Source of the DNA: Macrostomum lignano
Lineage: Eukaryota
Length of the DNA: 64,000 bases
Assembly (NCBI GenBank): GCA_002269645.1
Contig: NIVC01002729.1
Location: 33,289 to 97,288 of the forward strand
Direction of reading: 5' to 3'
This document shows positions 49,300 through 62,100 of this stretch, in pieces (the stretch's first letter is position 1; every line of letters begins with the position of its first letter). The position numbers and the translations under genes were made by a program. Below the pieces are notes generated by a model. It was not told the origin of the DNA. It was given only the letters and a program-made list of their open reading frames with translations, and did no database searches.

Positions 49300-50560
49300 C
49301 TACTCTCTCCTCTTCTCTGTTTTTTCTCTTTCTCTGCCCTCTTCTCCCTCTTCTTTCTCTTCTCTCTCTTCCCACTCTTTGCCCTCTTCTCTCTCTTCCC
49401 ACTCTTTGCCCTCTTCTCCCTCTTCTCCCTCTTCTCCCTCTTCTTTCTCTTCTCTCTCTTCTCTCTCTTCCCACTCTTTGCCCTCTTCTCTCTCTTCCCA
49501 CTCTTCTCCCTCTTCTCCCTCTTCTCTCTCCTCCCTCTTCTCTCTCTTCTCCCGCTTCTCCCTCTTTTCCTCTTCGCCCTCTTCTCTCTCTTCGCCCTAT
49601 TCTCTCTCTTCTCCCTCTTCTCTCTCTTCTCCCTCTTCTCCTTCTTCCCCCTCTTCTGTCTCTTCCCCCTCTTCCCCCTCTTTGCCCTCTTCCCCCTCTT
49701 TGCCCTCTCCTCCCTCTTCTCTCTCTTCTCCCTCTTCTCTCTCTTCTCCCTCTTCCCCCTCTTTGCCCTCTCCTCCCTCTTCTCTCTCTTCTCCCTCTTC
49801 TATTTCTTCTCCCTCTTCCCCCTCTTCTCCCTCTTCTCCCTTTTCTCCCTCTTCTCCCTCTTCTCCCTCTTTGCCCTCTCCTCCCTCTTCTCTCTCTTCT
49901 CCCTCTTCTCTCTCTTCTCCCTCTTCTCCCTCTTCTCCCTCTTCTCCTTCTTCCCCCTCTTCCCCCTCTTCCCCCTCTTCTGTCTCTTCCCCCTCTTCCC
50001 CCTCTTTGCCCTCTTCCCCCTCTTTGCCCTCTTCTCCCTCTTCTCTCTCTTCTCCCTCTTCCCCCTCTTTGCCCTCTCCTCCGTCTTCTCTCTCTTCTCC
50101 CTCTTCTCTCTCTTCTCCCTCTTCCCCCTCTTTGCCCTCTCCTCCCTCTTCTCCCTCTTCTATTTCTTCTCCCTCTTCCCCCTCTTCTCCCTCTTCTCCC
50201 TTTTCTCCCTCTTCTCCCTCTTCCCCCTCTTTGCCCTCTCCTCCCTCTTCTCTCTCTTCTCCCTCTTCTATTTCTTCTCCCTCTTCCCCCTCTTCTCCCT
50301 CTTCCCCCTCTTCTCCCTCTTCTCCCTCTTCTCCCTCTTCTCCCTCTTCTCTCTCTTCCCCTCTTCCCCTCTTCCCCCTCTTCCCCCTCTTCTCCCTCTT
50401 CTCCCTATAGCCCCTTCCCCCTCTTCTCTCTTCCTCCTCTTCCTTCTCTTCTCTTGCTTCTCCATCTTCTCCCTCTTGCCCCTCTCCTTTCCCTCCTTTC
50501 CCTCTTTGTCCTTTTTGTCCTCTTTGCCCTCTCTTCCCCCTCTTCTACCTCTTTTCAGTC
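49300..50560. repeat. 9-bp-periodic CT microsatellite
   Basis: (TTCTCCCTC)n with variants; explains ORF 49183-50736. Confidence 0.93.
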
Positions 50561-51189
50561 TTCCCTTCCTTCATCTGGTTTTTAACTTTTCCTTCGCCAA
50601 GGAAACGAGTTGTCCCAAGCCAAGTCATGCTCTGCCAGTCACCGTGACAGAGCGGTCCTCATACCTTGCTTCCTCTCCTAGCCCAGTTCCCTGTTGGCGG
50701 CATGGGGCACGGGGAGGAGAGGGGGGAGGTCGCTGAATTCCGCTCATTTCCCGGACCCTTAACCATAAATTAAGGACCCAACCCGTGGACAAGAATCCCA
50801 CAGATCTACCCCAACGCTTTCACCCCTCCCTCCTCATAGGTGGGGCTTTCATCGATTTCTCCGTATCGAGGTCATGCAGTTAACTGGTGAAAACGCACCG
50901 ATTATGCACAGAGCTTGGGGGATTTTGTTTCACTTTAGTTATAAATATATTCTGTGCACTGTAGCTGTCTAGCTGTTCGCTTTTGCTGCGTTGCTAAAGA
51001 ATTCTTTGCGGCGTTATCTACATAAGCAGCGCAATTTAGAGCGGACAAACTGTACACTTTTTGGGTTGCGCAGGATTCGCTGCCTATCTTAGCGCTATCT
51101 TGCTGAATTCGTCCTGCAATTAATGGCCTTTCTTCATCTAGTACATCCAGTCTCCCGCAGTCTTGTCTTCTGTCTATTTTGTCTTCACT

Positions 51190-52670
51190 TTTCTGTCTCT
51201 CCCTTCCTCTCTCTCCCTTTCTCTCTCTCCTTTCCTCTTTCCCTTCCTCTCTCTCCCTTTCTCTCTCTCCCTTCCTCTCTCCCTTTCTCTCTCTCTCCCT
51301 TCCTCTCTCTCCCTTTCTCTCTCTCCCTTCCTCTCTCTCCCTTCCTCTCTCCCTTTCTCTCTCTCCCTTCCTCTCTCTCCCTTCCTCTCTCTCCCTTCCT
51401 CTCTCTCCCTTCCTCTCTCTCCCTTTCTCTCTCTCCCTTCCTCTCTCTCCCTTCCTCTCTCCCTTCCTCTCTCTCCCTTCCTCTCTCTCCCTTCCTCTCT
51501 CTCCCTTCCTCTCTCTCCCTTCCTCTCTCTCTCCCTTTCTCTCTCTCCCTTCCTCTCTCTCCCTTCCTCTCTCTCCCTTCCTCTCTCTCCATTCCTCTCT
51601 CTCTTCCTCTCTCTCTCTCCCTTCCTCTCTCTCTCCCTTTCTCTCTCTCCCTTCCTCTCTCTCCCTTCCTCTCTCCCTTCCTCTCTCTCCCTTCCTCTCT
51701 CTCCCTTCCTCTCTCTCCCTTCCTCTCTCTCCCTTTCTCTCTCTCCCTTCCTCTCTCTCTCCCTTTCTCTCTCCCTTCCTCTCTCTCCCTTCCTCTCTCT
51801 CCCTTTCTCTCTCTCCCTTCCTCTCTCTCTCCCTTTCTCTCTCCCTTCCTCTCTCTCCCTTCCTCTCTCTCCCTTCCTCTCTCTCTTTCTCTCTCTCCCT
51901 TCCTATCTCTCTTTCTCTCTCTCCCTTCCTCTCTCTCTTTCTCTCTCTCCTTTCCTCTCTCCCTTCCTCTCTCTCCCTTCCTCTCTCTCCCTTCCTCTCT
52001 CTCCCTTCCTCGCTCTCCCTTCCTCTCTCTCCCTTCCTCTCTCCCTTCCTCTCTCTCCCTTCCTCTCTCTCCCTTCCTCTCTCTCCCTTCCTCTCTCTCC
52101 CTTCCTCTCTCTCCCTTCCTCTCTCTCCCTTCCTCTCTCTCCCTTTCTCTCTCTCCTTTCCTCTCTCCCTTCCTCTCTCTCCCTTCCTCTCTCTCTTCCT
52201 CTCTCTCTCTCCCTTCCTCTCTCTCTCCCTTTCTCTCTCTCCCTTCCTCTCTCTCCCTTCCTCTCTCCCTTCCTCTCTCCCTTCCTCTCTCCCTTCCTCT
52301 CTCCCTTCCTCTCTCTCCCTTCCTCTCTCTCCCTTCCTCTCTCTCCCTTCCTCTCTCTCCCTTCCTCTCTCTCCCTTCCTCTCTCTCCCTTCCTCTCTCT
52401 CCCTTCCTCTCTCTCCCTTCCTCTCTCTCCCTTTCTCTCTCTCCCTTCCTCTCTCCCTTTCTCTCTTTCCTTTCCTCTCTCCCTTCCTCTCTCTCCCTTC
52501 CTCTCTCCCTTCCTCTCTCTCCCTTCCTCTCTCTCCCTTCCTCTCTCTCCCTTCCTCTCTCTCCCTTTCTCTCTCTCTCCCTTCCTCTATCCCTTCCTCT
52601 CTCTCCCTTCCTCTCTCTCCCTTCCTCTCTCTCCCTTCCTCTCTCTCCCTTCCTCTCTCTCTCTTCCTCT
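51190..52670. repeat. 12-14-bp CT minisatellite (first copy)
   Basis: (CTCTCT(CT)CCCTTC)n; explains ORFs 50935-52831. Confidence 0.93.
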
Positions 52671-52981
52671 CATGCTTTCCTTTTCCACCTTTTGGTCCTT
52701 CACCGAAGCAGACGCAGCTCCTTTTAATTTCTCGAATCGCCTCTATCAATCTTCTAGCTTTGGCAAACAATGCTGGCACCCAATTGCCTGCAGTTGACAC
52801 TTCGGTGTCTGAAATTGATCGGTTGAATTAAACTGCGAAAACTGTGCCACTGCTGTGGAGACCTGCTAGTTGTCCACGGGCTGATTATACTCACCCTAAT
52901 TTATCATAGCTCATCGTTTTTCTCCCAAATAATAATTTCCCGCTCTCATCATTTCTGTCAATGGAAGAAAATTAAAGGATG

Positions 52982-54510
52982 GAAGTGGACACTCAGGTGA
53001 GAAGTGGACACTCAGGTGAATAGTGGACACTCAGGAGAGAAGTGGACACTCAGGTGAGGAGTGGATACTCAGGTGAGAAGTGGACACTCAGGTGAATAGT
53101 GGACACTCAGGTGAGAAGTGGACACTCAGGTGTGGAGTGGACACTCAGGTGAATAGTGGACACTCAGGAGAGAAGTGGACACTCAGGTGTGGAGTGGACA
53201 CTCAAGTGAGAAGTGGACACTCAGGAGAGAAGTGGACACTCAGGTGAGAAGTGGACACTCAGGTGAGAAGTGGACACTCAGGTGAGAAGTGGACATTCAG
53301 GTGAGGAGTGGACACTCAGGTGAGGAGTGGACACTCAGGTGAGGAGTGGACACTCAGGTGAGGAGTGGACACTCAGGTGAGAAGTGGACACTCAGGTGTG
53401 GAGTGGACACTCAGGTGAGAAGTGGACACTCAGGTGTGGAGTGGATACTCAGGTGAGGAGTGGACACTCAGGTGAGAAGTGGACACTCAGGTGAGGAGTG
53501 GACACTCAGGTGAGAAGTGGACACTCAGGTGAGGAGTGGACACTCAGGTGAGAAGTGGACACTCAGGTGAGAAGTGGACACTCAGGTGAGGAGTGGACAC
53601 TCAGGTGAGAAGTGGACACTCAGGTGAGAAGTGGACACTCAGGTGTGGAGTGGACACTCAGGTGAGAAGTGGACACTCAGGTGAGGAGTGGACACTCAGG
53701 TGAGGAGTGGACACTCAGGTAAGAAGTGGACACTCAGGTTAGGAGTGGACACTCAGGTGAGGAGTGGACACTCAGGTGAGGAGTGGACACTCAGGTGAGG
53801 AGTGGACACTCAGGTTAGGAGTGGACACTCAGGTGAGAAGTGGACACTCAGGAGAGAAGTGGACACTCAGGTGAGGAGTGGACACTCAGGTGAGGAGTGG
53901 ACACTCAGGTGAGAAGTGGACACTCAGGTGTGGAGTGGACACTCAGGTGAGAAGTGGACACTCAGGTGTGGAGTGGATACTCAGGTGAGGAGTGGACACT
54001 CAGGTGAGGAGTGGACACTCAGGTGAGGAGTGGACACTCAGGTGAGAAGTGGACACTCAGGTGAGGAGTGGACACTCAGGTGAGAAGTGGACACTCAGGT
54101 GAGAAGTGGACACTCAGGTGAGGAGTGGACACTCAGGTGAGAAGTGGACACTCAGGTGAGAAGTGGACACTCAGGTGTGGAGTGGACACTCAGGTGAGAA
54201 GTGGACACTCAGGTGAGGAGTGGACACTCAGGTGAGGAGTGGACACTCAGGTGAGAAGTGGACACTCAGGTTAGGAGTGGACACTCAGGTGAGGAGTGGA
54301 CACTCAGGTGAGGAGTGGACACTCAGGTGAGGAGTGGACACTCAGGTGAGAAGTGGACACTCAGGTTAGGAGTGGACACTCAGGTGAGAAGTGGACACTC
54401 AGGTGAGAAGTGGACACTCAGGTGAGGAGTGGACACTCAGGTGAGAAGTGGACACTCAGGTGTGGAGTGGACACTCAGGTGAGGAGTGGACACTCAGGTG
54501 AGAAGTGGAC
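52982..54510. repeat. Tandem array, 19-bp unit (first copy)
   Basis: GTGGACACTCAGGTGAG(A/G)A, ~80 copies. Confidence 0.95.
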
Positions 54511-54524
54511 CCTGAGAGAGTGTC

Positions 54525-55740
54525 CTCTCTCTCCCTTCCTCTCTCTCCCTTTCTCTCTCTCCCTTCCTCTCTCTCCCTTCCTCTCTCCCTTCCTCTCTAT
54601 CCCTTCCTCTCTCTCCCTTCCTCTCTCTCCCTTCCTCTCTCTCCCTTCCTCTCTCTCTCCCTTTCTCTCTCTCCCTTCCTCTCTCTCCCTTCCTCTCTCT
54701 CCCTTCCTCTCTCTCCATTCCTCTCTCTCTTCCTCTCTCTCTCTCCCTTCCTCTCTCTCTCCCTTTCTCTCTCTCCCTTCCTCTCTCTCCCTTCCTCTCT
54801 CCCTTCCTCTCTCTCCCTTCCTCTCTCTCCCTTCCTCTCTCTCCCTTCCTCTCTCTCCCTTTCTCTCTCTCCCTTCCTCTCTCTCTCCCTTTCTCTCTCC
54901 CTTCCTCTCTCTCCCTTCCTCTCTCTCCCTTTCTCTCTCTCCCTTCCTCTCTCTCTCCCTTTCTCTCTCCCTTCCTCTCTCTCCCTTCCTCTCTCTCCCT
55001 TCCTCTCTCTCTTTCTCTCTCTCCCTTCCTATCTCTCTTTCTCTCTCTCCCTTCCTCTCTCTCTTTCTCTCTCTCCTTTCCTCTCTCCCTTCCTCTCTCT
55101 CCCTTCCTCTCTCTCCCTTCCTCTTTCTCCCTTCCTCGCTCTCCCTTCCTCTCTCTCCCTTCCTCTCTCTCCCTTCCTCTCTCTCCCTTCCTCTCTCTCC
55201 CTTCCTCTCTCTCCCTTTCTCTCTCTCCTTTCCTCTCTCCCTTCCTCTCTCTCCCTTCCTCTCTCTCTTCCTCTCTCTCTCTCCCTTCCTCTCTCTCTCC
55301 CTTTCTCTCTCTCCCTTCCTCTCTCTCCCTTCCTCTCTCCCTTCCTCTCTCTCCCTTCCTCTCTCTCCCTTCCTCTCTCCCTTCCTCTCTCCCTTCCTCT
55401 CTCCCTTCCTCTCTCCCTTCCTCTCTCTCCCTTCCTCTCTCTCCCTTCCTCTCTCTCCCTTCCTCTCTCTCCCTTCCTCTCTCTCCCTTCCTCTCTCTCC
55501 CTTTCTCTCTCTCCCTTCCTCTCTCCCTTTCTCTCTTTCCTTTCCTCTCTCCCTTCCTCTCTCTCCCTTCCTCTCTCCCTTCCTCTCTCTCCCTTCCTCT
55601 CTCTCCCTTCCTCTCTCTCCCTTCCTCTCTCTCCCTTTCTCTCTCTCTCCCTTCCTCTATCCCTTCCTCTCTCTCCCTTCCTCTCTCTCCCTTCCTCTCT
55701 CTCCCTTCCTCTCTCTCCCTTCCTCTCTCTCTCTTCCTCT
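54525..55740. repeat. 12-14-bp CT minisatellite (second copy)
   Basis: Same unit and diagnostic variants as 51190-52670. Confidence 0.93.
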
Positions 55741-56051
55741 CATGCTTTCCTTTTCCACCTTTTGGTCCTTCACCGAAGCAGACGCAGCTCCTTTTAATTT
55801 CTCGAATCGCCTCTATCAATCTTCTAGCTTTGGCAAACAATGCTGGCACCCAATTGCCTGCAGTTGACACTTCGGTGTCTGAAATTGATCGGTTGAATTA
55901 AACTGCGAAAACTGTGCCACTGCTGTGGAGACCTGCTAGTTGTCCACGGGCTGATTATACTCACCCTAATTTATCATAGCTCATCGTTTTTCTCCCAAAT
56001 AATAATTTCCCGCTCTCATCATTTCTGTCAATGGAAGAAAATTAAAGGATG

Positions 56052-57862
56052 GAAGTGGACACTCAGGTGAGAAGTGGACACTCAGGTGAATAGTGGACAC
56101 TCAGGAGAGAAGTGGACACTCAGGTGAGGAGTGGATACTCAGGTGAGAAGTGGACACTCAGGTGTGGAGTGGACACTCAGGTGAATAGTGGACACTCAGG
56201 AGAGAAGTGGACACTCAGGTGTGGAGTGGACACTCAAGTGAGAAGTGGACACTCAGGAGAGAAGTGGACACTCAGGTGAGAAGTGGACACTCAGGTGAGA
56301 AGTGGACACTCAGGTGAGAAGTGGACATTCAGGTGAGGAGTGGACACTCAGGTGAGGAGTGGACACTCAGGTGAGGAGTGGACACTCAGGTGAGGAGTGG
56401 ACACTCAGGTGAGAAGTGGACACTCAGGTGTGGATTGGACACTCAGGTGAGAAGTGGACACTCAGGTGTGGAGTGGATACTCAGGTGAGGAGTGGACACT
56501 CAGGTGAGAAGTGGACACTCAGGTGAGGAGTGGACACTCAGGTGAGAAGTGGACACTCAGGTGAGGAGTGGACACTCAGGTGAGAAGTGGACACTCAGGT
56601 GAGAAGTGGACACTCAGGTGAGGAGTGGACACTCAGGTGAGAAGTGGACACTCAGGTGAGAAGTGGACACTCAGGTGTGGAGTGGACACTCAGGTGAGAA
56701 GTGGACACTCAGGTGAGGAGTGGACACTCAGGTGAGGAGTGGACACTCAGGTGAGAAGTGGACACTCAGGTTAGGAGTGGACACTCAGGTGAGGAGTGGA
56801 CACTCAGGTGTGGAGTGGACACTCAGGTGAGGAGTGGACACTCAGGTTAGGAGTGGACACTCAGGTGAGAAGTGGACACTCAGGAGAGAAGTGGACACTC
56901 AGGTGAGGAGTGGACACTCAGGTGAGGAGTGGACACTCAGGTGAGAAGTGGACACTCAGGTGAATAGTGGACACTCAGGAGAGAAGTGGACCCTCAGGTG
57001 AGGAGTGGACACTCAGGTGAGAAGTGGACACTCAGGTTAGGAGTGGACACTCGGGTGAGGAGTGGACACTCAGGTGAGGAGTGGACACTCAGGTGAGGAG
57101 TGGACACTCGGGTGAGGAGTGGACACTCAGGTGAGGAGTGGACACTCAGGTGAGGAGTGGATACTCAGGTGAGAAGTGGACACTCAGGTGAGGAGTGGAC
57201 ACTCAGGTGAGAAGTGGACACTCAGGTGAGAAGTGGACACTCAGGTGAGAAGTGGACACTCAGGTGAGAAGTGGACACTCAGGTGAGGAGTGGACACTCA
57301 GGTGTGGAGTGGATACTCAGGTGAGAAGTGGACACTCAGGTGAGGAGTGGACACTCAGGTGAGAAGTGGACACTCAGGAGAGAAGTGGACACTCAGGTGA
57401 GGAGTGGATACTCAGGTGAGAAGTGGACACTCAGGTGTGGAGTGGACACTCAGGTGAATAGTGGACACTCAGGAGAGAAGTGGACACTCAGGTGTGGAGT
57501 GGACACTCAAGTGAGAAGTGGACACTCAGGAGAGAAGTGGACACTCAGGTGAGAAGTGGACACTCAGGTGAGAAGTGGACACTCAGGTGAGAAGTGGACA
57601 TTCAGGTGAGGAGTGGACACTCAGGTGAGAAGTGGACACTCAGGTGAGGAGTGGACACTCAGGTGAGAAGTGGACACTCAGGTGAGGATGGACACTCAGG
57701 TGAGAAGTGGACACTCAGGTGAGAAGTGGACACTCAGGTGAGGAGTGGACACTCAGGTGAGAAGTGGACACTCAGGTGAGAAGTGGACACTCAGGTGAGA
57801 AGTGGACACTCAGGTGAGGAGTGGACACTCAGGTGAGGAGTGGACACTCAGGTGAGAAATGA
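56052..57862. repeat. Tandem array, 19-bp unit (second copy)
   Basis: GTGGACACTCAGGTGAG(A/G)A, ~95 copies. Confidence 0.95.
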
Positions 57863-58274
57863 GGAGGTGAGGAGTTCAAAAATTTTTATTTCATTCTTTG
57901 TTCCCTCCCTAACGGGTGGGGCTCTGATTGCTAGTCTATAACTAAGTTTATTTACTGACATCATTCCAGTCCAATTAGTAAGTGTCGGAGAAAAAATGTA
58001 ATGACAGATACATTACAAAGTTCTTAAAACTGAGAGCAGCTTAAAATGTCGAGAAACAAATAGAAATTACAATAGCAAAGATCAGCTGACCATTAAAATA
58101 CATCACATCATTCAATCACACCATTAAAATACGTGGAGAACTATCATACTGCATACATATACTACTGCACATGCGACAATATGGATTATTAAAGTAGTAA
58201 GTAAGAAACATATCGAGAATTTTGTCCTTGTACTTTAACCTAATTTGCATAAACAGCAAAACGGTAGTCCTGTC

Positions 58275-58965
58275 TCAACCGACCCCTGCCTGTCTCTCCG
58301 GCCCCTTCCTGTCTCTCCAGCCCCTTCCTGTCTCTCTCACCCCTTCCTGTCTCTCCCAACCCCTCCCTGTCTCTCCAAACCCCTTCCTGTCTCTCCAAAC
58401 CCCTTCCTGTCTCTCCCAACCCCTTCCTGTCTCTCCAAACCCCTTCCTGTCTCTCTAAACCCCTTCCTGTATCTCCAAACCCCTTACTGTCTCTCTCAAC
58501 CCTTCCTGTATCTCCAACCCCCTTCCTGTCTCTCCAAACCCCTTCCTGTCTCTCCAAACCCCTTCCTGTCTCTCTAAACCCCTTCCTGTATCTCCAAACC
58601 CCTTACTGTCTCTCTCAACCCTTCCTGTATCTCCAACCCCCTTCCTGTCTCTCCAAACCCCTTCCTGTCTCTCCAAACCCCTTCCTGTCTCTCCAAACCC
58701 TTCCTGTCTCTCCAAACCCCTCCCTGTCTCTCCAAACCCCTTCCTGTATCTCCAAACCCCTTACTGTCTCTCTCAACCCTTCCTGTATCTCCAACCCCCT
58801 TCCTGTCTCTCCAAACCCCTTCCTGTCTCTCCAAACCCCTTCCTGTCTCTCCAAACCCCTTCCTGTCTCTCCAAACCCCTTCCTGTCTTCCTCAACCCCT
58901 TACTGTCTCTCCCAACCCCTTCCTGTCTCTCTCACCCCTTCCTGTCTCTGTCAACCTCTTCCTGC
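58275..58965 (+). repeat. ~21-bp pyrimidine-rich minisatellite
   Basis: CCCCTTCCTGTCTCTCCAAAC variants. Confidence 0.92.
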
Positions 58966-59159
58966 CTGTCTCGTCCCTTTCCTTTCTTTCACGTACCCCT
59001 TCTTCTCTGAGAAGCTGGGTCATTGCCCCCCCGAAGCTGAACCGCCACCAAATTTAAAAGCAAGATCTCAAAGAAGCACAATTGCAAGTTAAATTAGTTC
59101 AGCTCTCAGAAGTTAATCTTGTCAATTTTAGTTCACGAATCAGTAAATTCATTCTCAAT

Positions 59160-62100
59160 TTAACTGACTTTCTTCGCCTCCTTCCCAGAATTCGGGGTTC
59201 GACTCTCATACCACAGTGAGATCTGTACACAGCAATAGGACAAGGCCAGGACCACCTGCAGATGCCACCAAGGTCCTGCGAAAGTGTATTTGTTTTGCTT
59301 ACTTTTCATCTTCTTTGAGAGAGACAGGAATGGCTTGAGAGAAAGACAGGAAGGGGTTTGGAGAGACAGGAAGGGTTGAGAAACAGGAAGGGGTGAGAGA
59401 CAGGAAGGGTGAGAGACAGGAAGGGGTGAGAGACAGGAAGGGGTGAGAGACAGGAAGGGGTGAGAGACAGGAAGGGGTGAGAGACTGGAAAGGGTGAGAT
59501 AGACAGGAAGGATGAAGGACAGGAAGGGGTTAGAGAGACAGGAAGGGGTGAGAGAGACGAGAAAGGGTGAGAGACAGGAAGGGGTGAGAGAGACAGGAAG
59601 GGGTTGGGAGAGACAAGAAGGAGTGAGAGAGACAGGAAGGGGTTGGGAGAGACAGGAAGGGGTGAGAGAGACAGGAAGGGGTTGGGAGAGACAGGAAGGG
59701 GTGAGAGAGACAGGAAGGGGTTGGGAGAGACAGGAAGGGGTGAGAGAGACAGGAAGGGGTGAGAGAGACAGGAAGGGGTTGGGAGAGACAGGAAGGGTGA
59801 GAGAGACAGGAAGGGGTTGGGAGAGACAGGAAGGGGTGAGAGAGACAGGAAGGGGTTGGGAGAGACAGGAAGGGGTGAGAGAGACAGGAAGGGGTGAGAG
59901 AGACAGGAAGGGGTTGGGAGAGACGGGAAGGGTTGACAGTGATATTAATGAATAAAAAGGCCAAATTACTATCGTGCGACATTCTTACTGTATAGAAAAA
60001 GAGGTTTAAAAATCTCCACCATGAGATGAACAGCCGGGTGCTTGCCGGTCAGGAAGACAAATATAAAGCAGGAAGTCAGGACCAAATTGCAGCCAATGAC
60101 GTAAGCAACCAACCGCTGGTGATTGTTGGGGCTGAGGATCAAATTCTGAAATATTTGTGCAGGATTGTTGCGGGGAAAAGTTTTCAGGCTGAATGACATC
60201 ATAAACGGGGTGTTGTGTTAACTACTCTTCATTCAAACTCTGTTCTCGGACACACAAGAAGGTCAAAGTGAGTTCGAGATCACTCTGGACCAGTCACTCG
60301 GAGCTCACTCTGGGTCAGTCACTCGGAGATCACTCTGGGTCAGTCACTCGGAGCTCACTCTGGGTCAGTCACTCGGAGGTCACTCTGGGTCAGTCACTCG
60401 GAGCTCACTTTGGGTCAGTCACTCGGAGCTCACTCTGGGTCAGTCACTCGGAGCTCACTCTGGGTCAGTCACTCGGAGCTCACTCTGGTCAGTCACTCGG
60501 AGCTCACTCTGGGTCAGTCACTCGGAGCTCACTCTGGGTCAGTCACTCGGAGCTCACTCTGGGTCAGTCACTCGGAGCTCACTCTAGATCAGTCACTCGG
60601 AGCTCACTCTGAGGTCAGTCACTTAGAGCTCACTCTAGATCAGTCACTCGGAGCTCACTCTGGGTCAGTCACCCGGAGCTCACTCTGGGTCAGTCACTCG
60701 GAGCTCACTCTGGATCAGTCACTCGGAGCTCACTCTGGTTCAGTCACTCGGAGCTCACTCTGGGTCAGTCACTCGGAGATCACTCTGGGTCAGTCACTCG
60801 GAGCTCACTCTGGGTCAGTCACTCGGAGCTCACTCTGGGTCAGTCACTCGGAGATCACTCTGGGTCAGTCACTCGGAGCTCACTCTAGATCAGTCACTCA
60901 GAGCTCACTCTGGGTCAGTCAATCGGAGCTCACTCTGGGGTCAGTCACTCGGAGATCACTCTGGGTCAGTCACTCGGAGCTCACTCTGGGTCAGTCACTC
61001 GGAGCTCACTCTGGGTCAGTCACTCGGAGCTCACTCTGGGTCAGTCACTCGGAGATCACTCTGGGTCAGTCACTCGGAGCTCACTCTGGGTCAGTCACTC
61101 GGAGATCACTTTGGGTCAGTCACTCGGAGCTCACTCTGGGTCAGTCACTCGGAGCTCACTCTGGGTCAGTCACTCGGAGCTCACTCTGGGTCAGTCACTC
61201 GGAGGTCACTCTGGTTCAGTCACTCAGAGCTCACTCTAGATCAGTCACTCGGAGCTCACTCTGGGTCAGTCACTCGGAGCTCACTCTGGGTCAGTCACTC
61301 GGAGCTCACTCTAGATCAGTCACTCAGAGCTCACTCTGGGTCAGTCACTCGGAGCTCACTCTGGGTCAGTCACTCGGAGCTCACTCTGGGTCAGTCACTC
61401 AGAGCTCACTCTAGATCAGTCACTCGGAGCTCACTCTGGGTCAGTCACTCGGAGCTCACTCTAGATCAGTCACTCGGAGCTCACTCTGGGTCAGTCACTC
61501 GGAGATCACTCTGGGTCAGTCACTCGGAGCTCACTCTGGGTCAGTCACTCGGAGATCACTCTGGGTCAGTCACTCGGAGCTCACTCTGGGTCAGTCACTC
61601 GGAGCTCACTTGGGTCAGTCACTCGGAGCTCACTCTGGGTCAGTCACTCGGAGCTCACTCTGGGTCAGTCACTCGGAGCTCACTCTGGGTCAGTCACTCG
61701 GAGCTCACTCTGGGTCAGTCACTCGGAGATCACTCTGGGTCAGTCACTCGGAGCTCACTCTGGGTCAGTCACTCGGAGATCACTTTGGGTCAGTCACTCG
61801 GAGCTCACTCTGGGTCAGTCACTCGGAGCTCACTCTGGGTCAGTCACTCGGAGCTCACTCTGGGTCAGTCACTCGGAGCTCACTCTGGGTCAGTCACTCG
61901 GAGCTCACTCTGGGTCAGTCACTCGGAGCTCACTCTGGGTCAGTCACTCGGAGCTCACTCTGGGTCAGTCACTCGGAGCTCACTCTGGGTCAGTCACTCG
62001 GAGCTCACTCTAGATCAGTCACTCGGAGCTCACTCTGAGGTCAGTCACTTAGAGCTCACTCTAGATCAGTCACTCGGAGCTCACTCTGGGTCAGTCACCC

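Larger units (their letters stand above)
52671..56051. repeat. Tandem segmental duplication with 3070-bp offset (CT array + ~310-bp unique + 19-bp array)
   Basis: 52671-52981 is identical by eye to 55741-56051. The flanking arrays share rare variants (CCATTCC, CCTATCTC, CCTCGCTC; GGATACTC, GGACATTC, CTCAAGTG) in the same order. Confidence 0.88.

Noticed and set aside
49183-55870. 400-600-aa Ser/Leu/Pro/Phe or Glu/Arg ORFs
   Set aside because: CT/AG low-complexity DNA lacks stop codons by composition.
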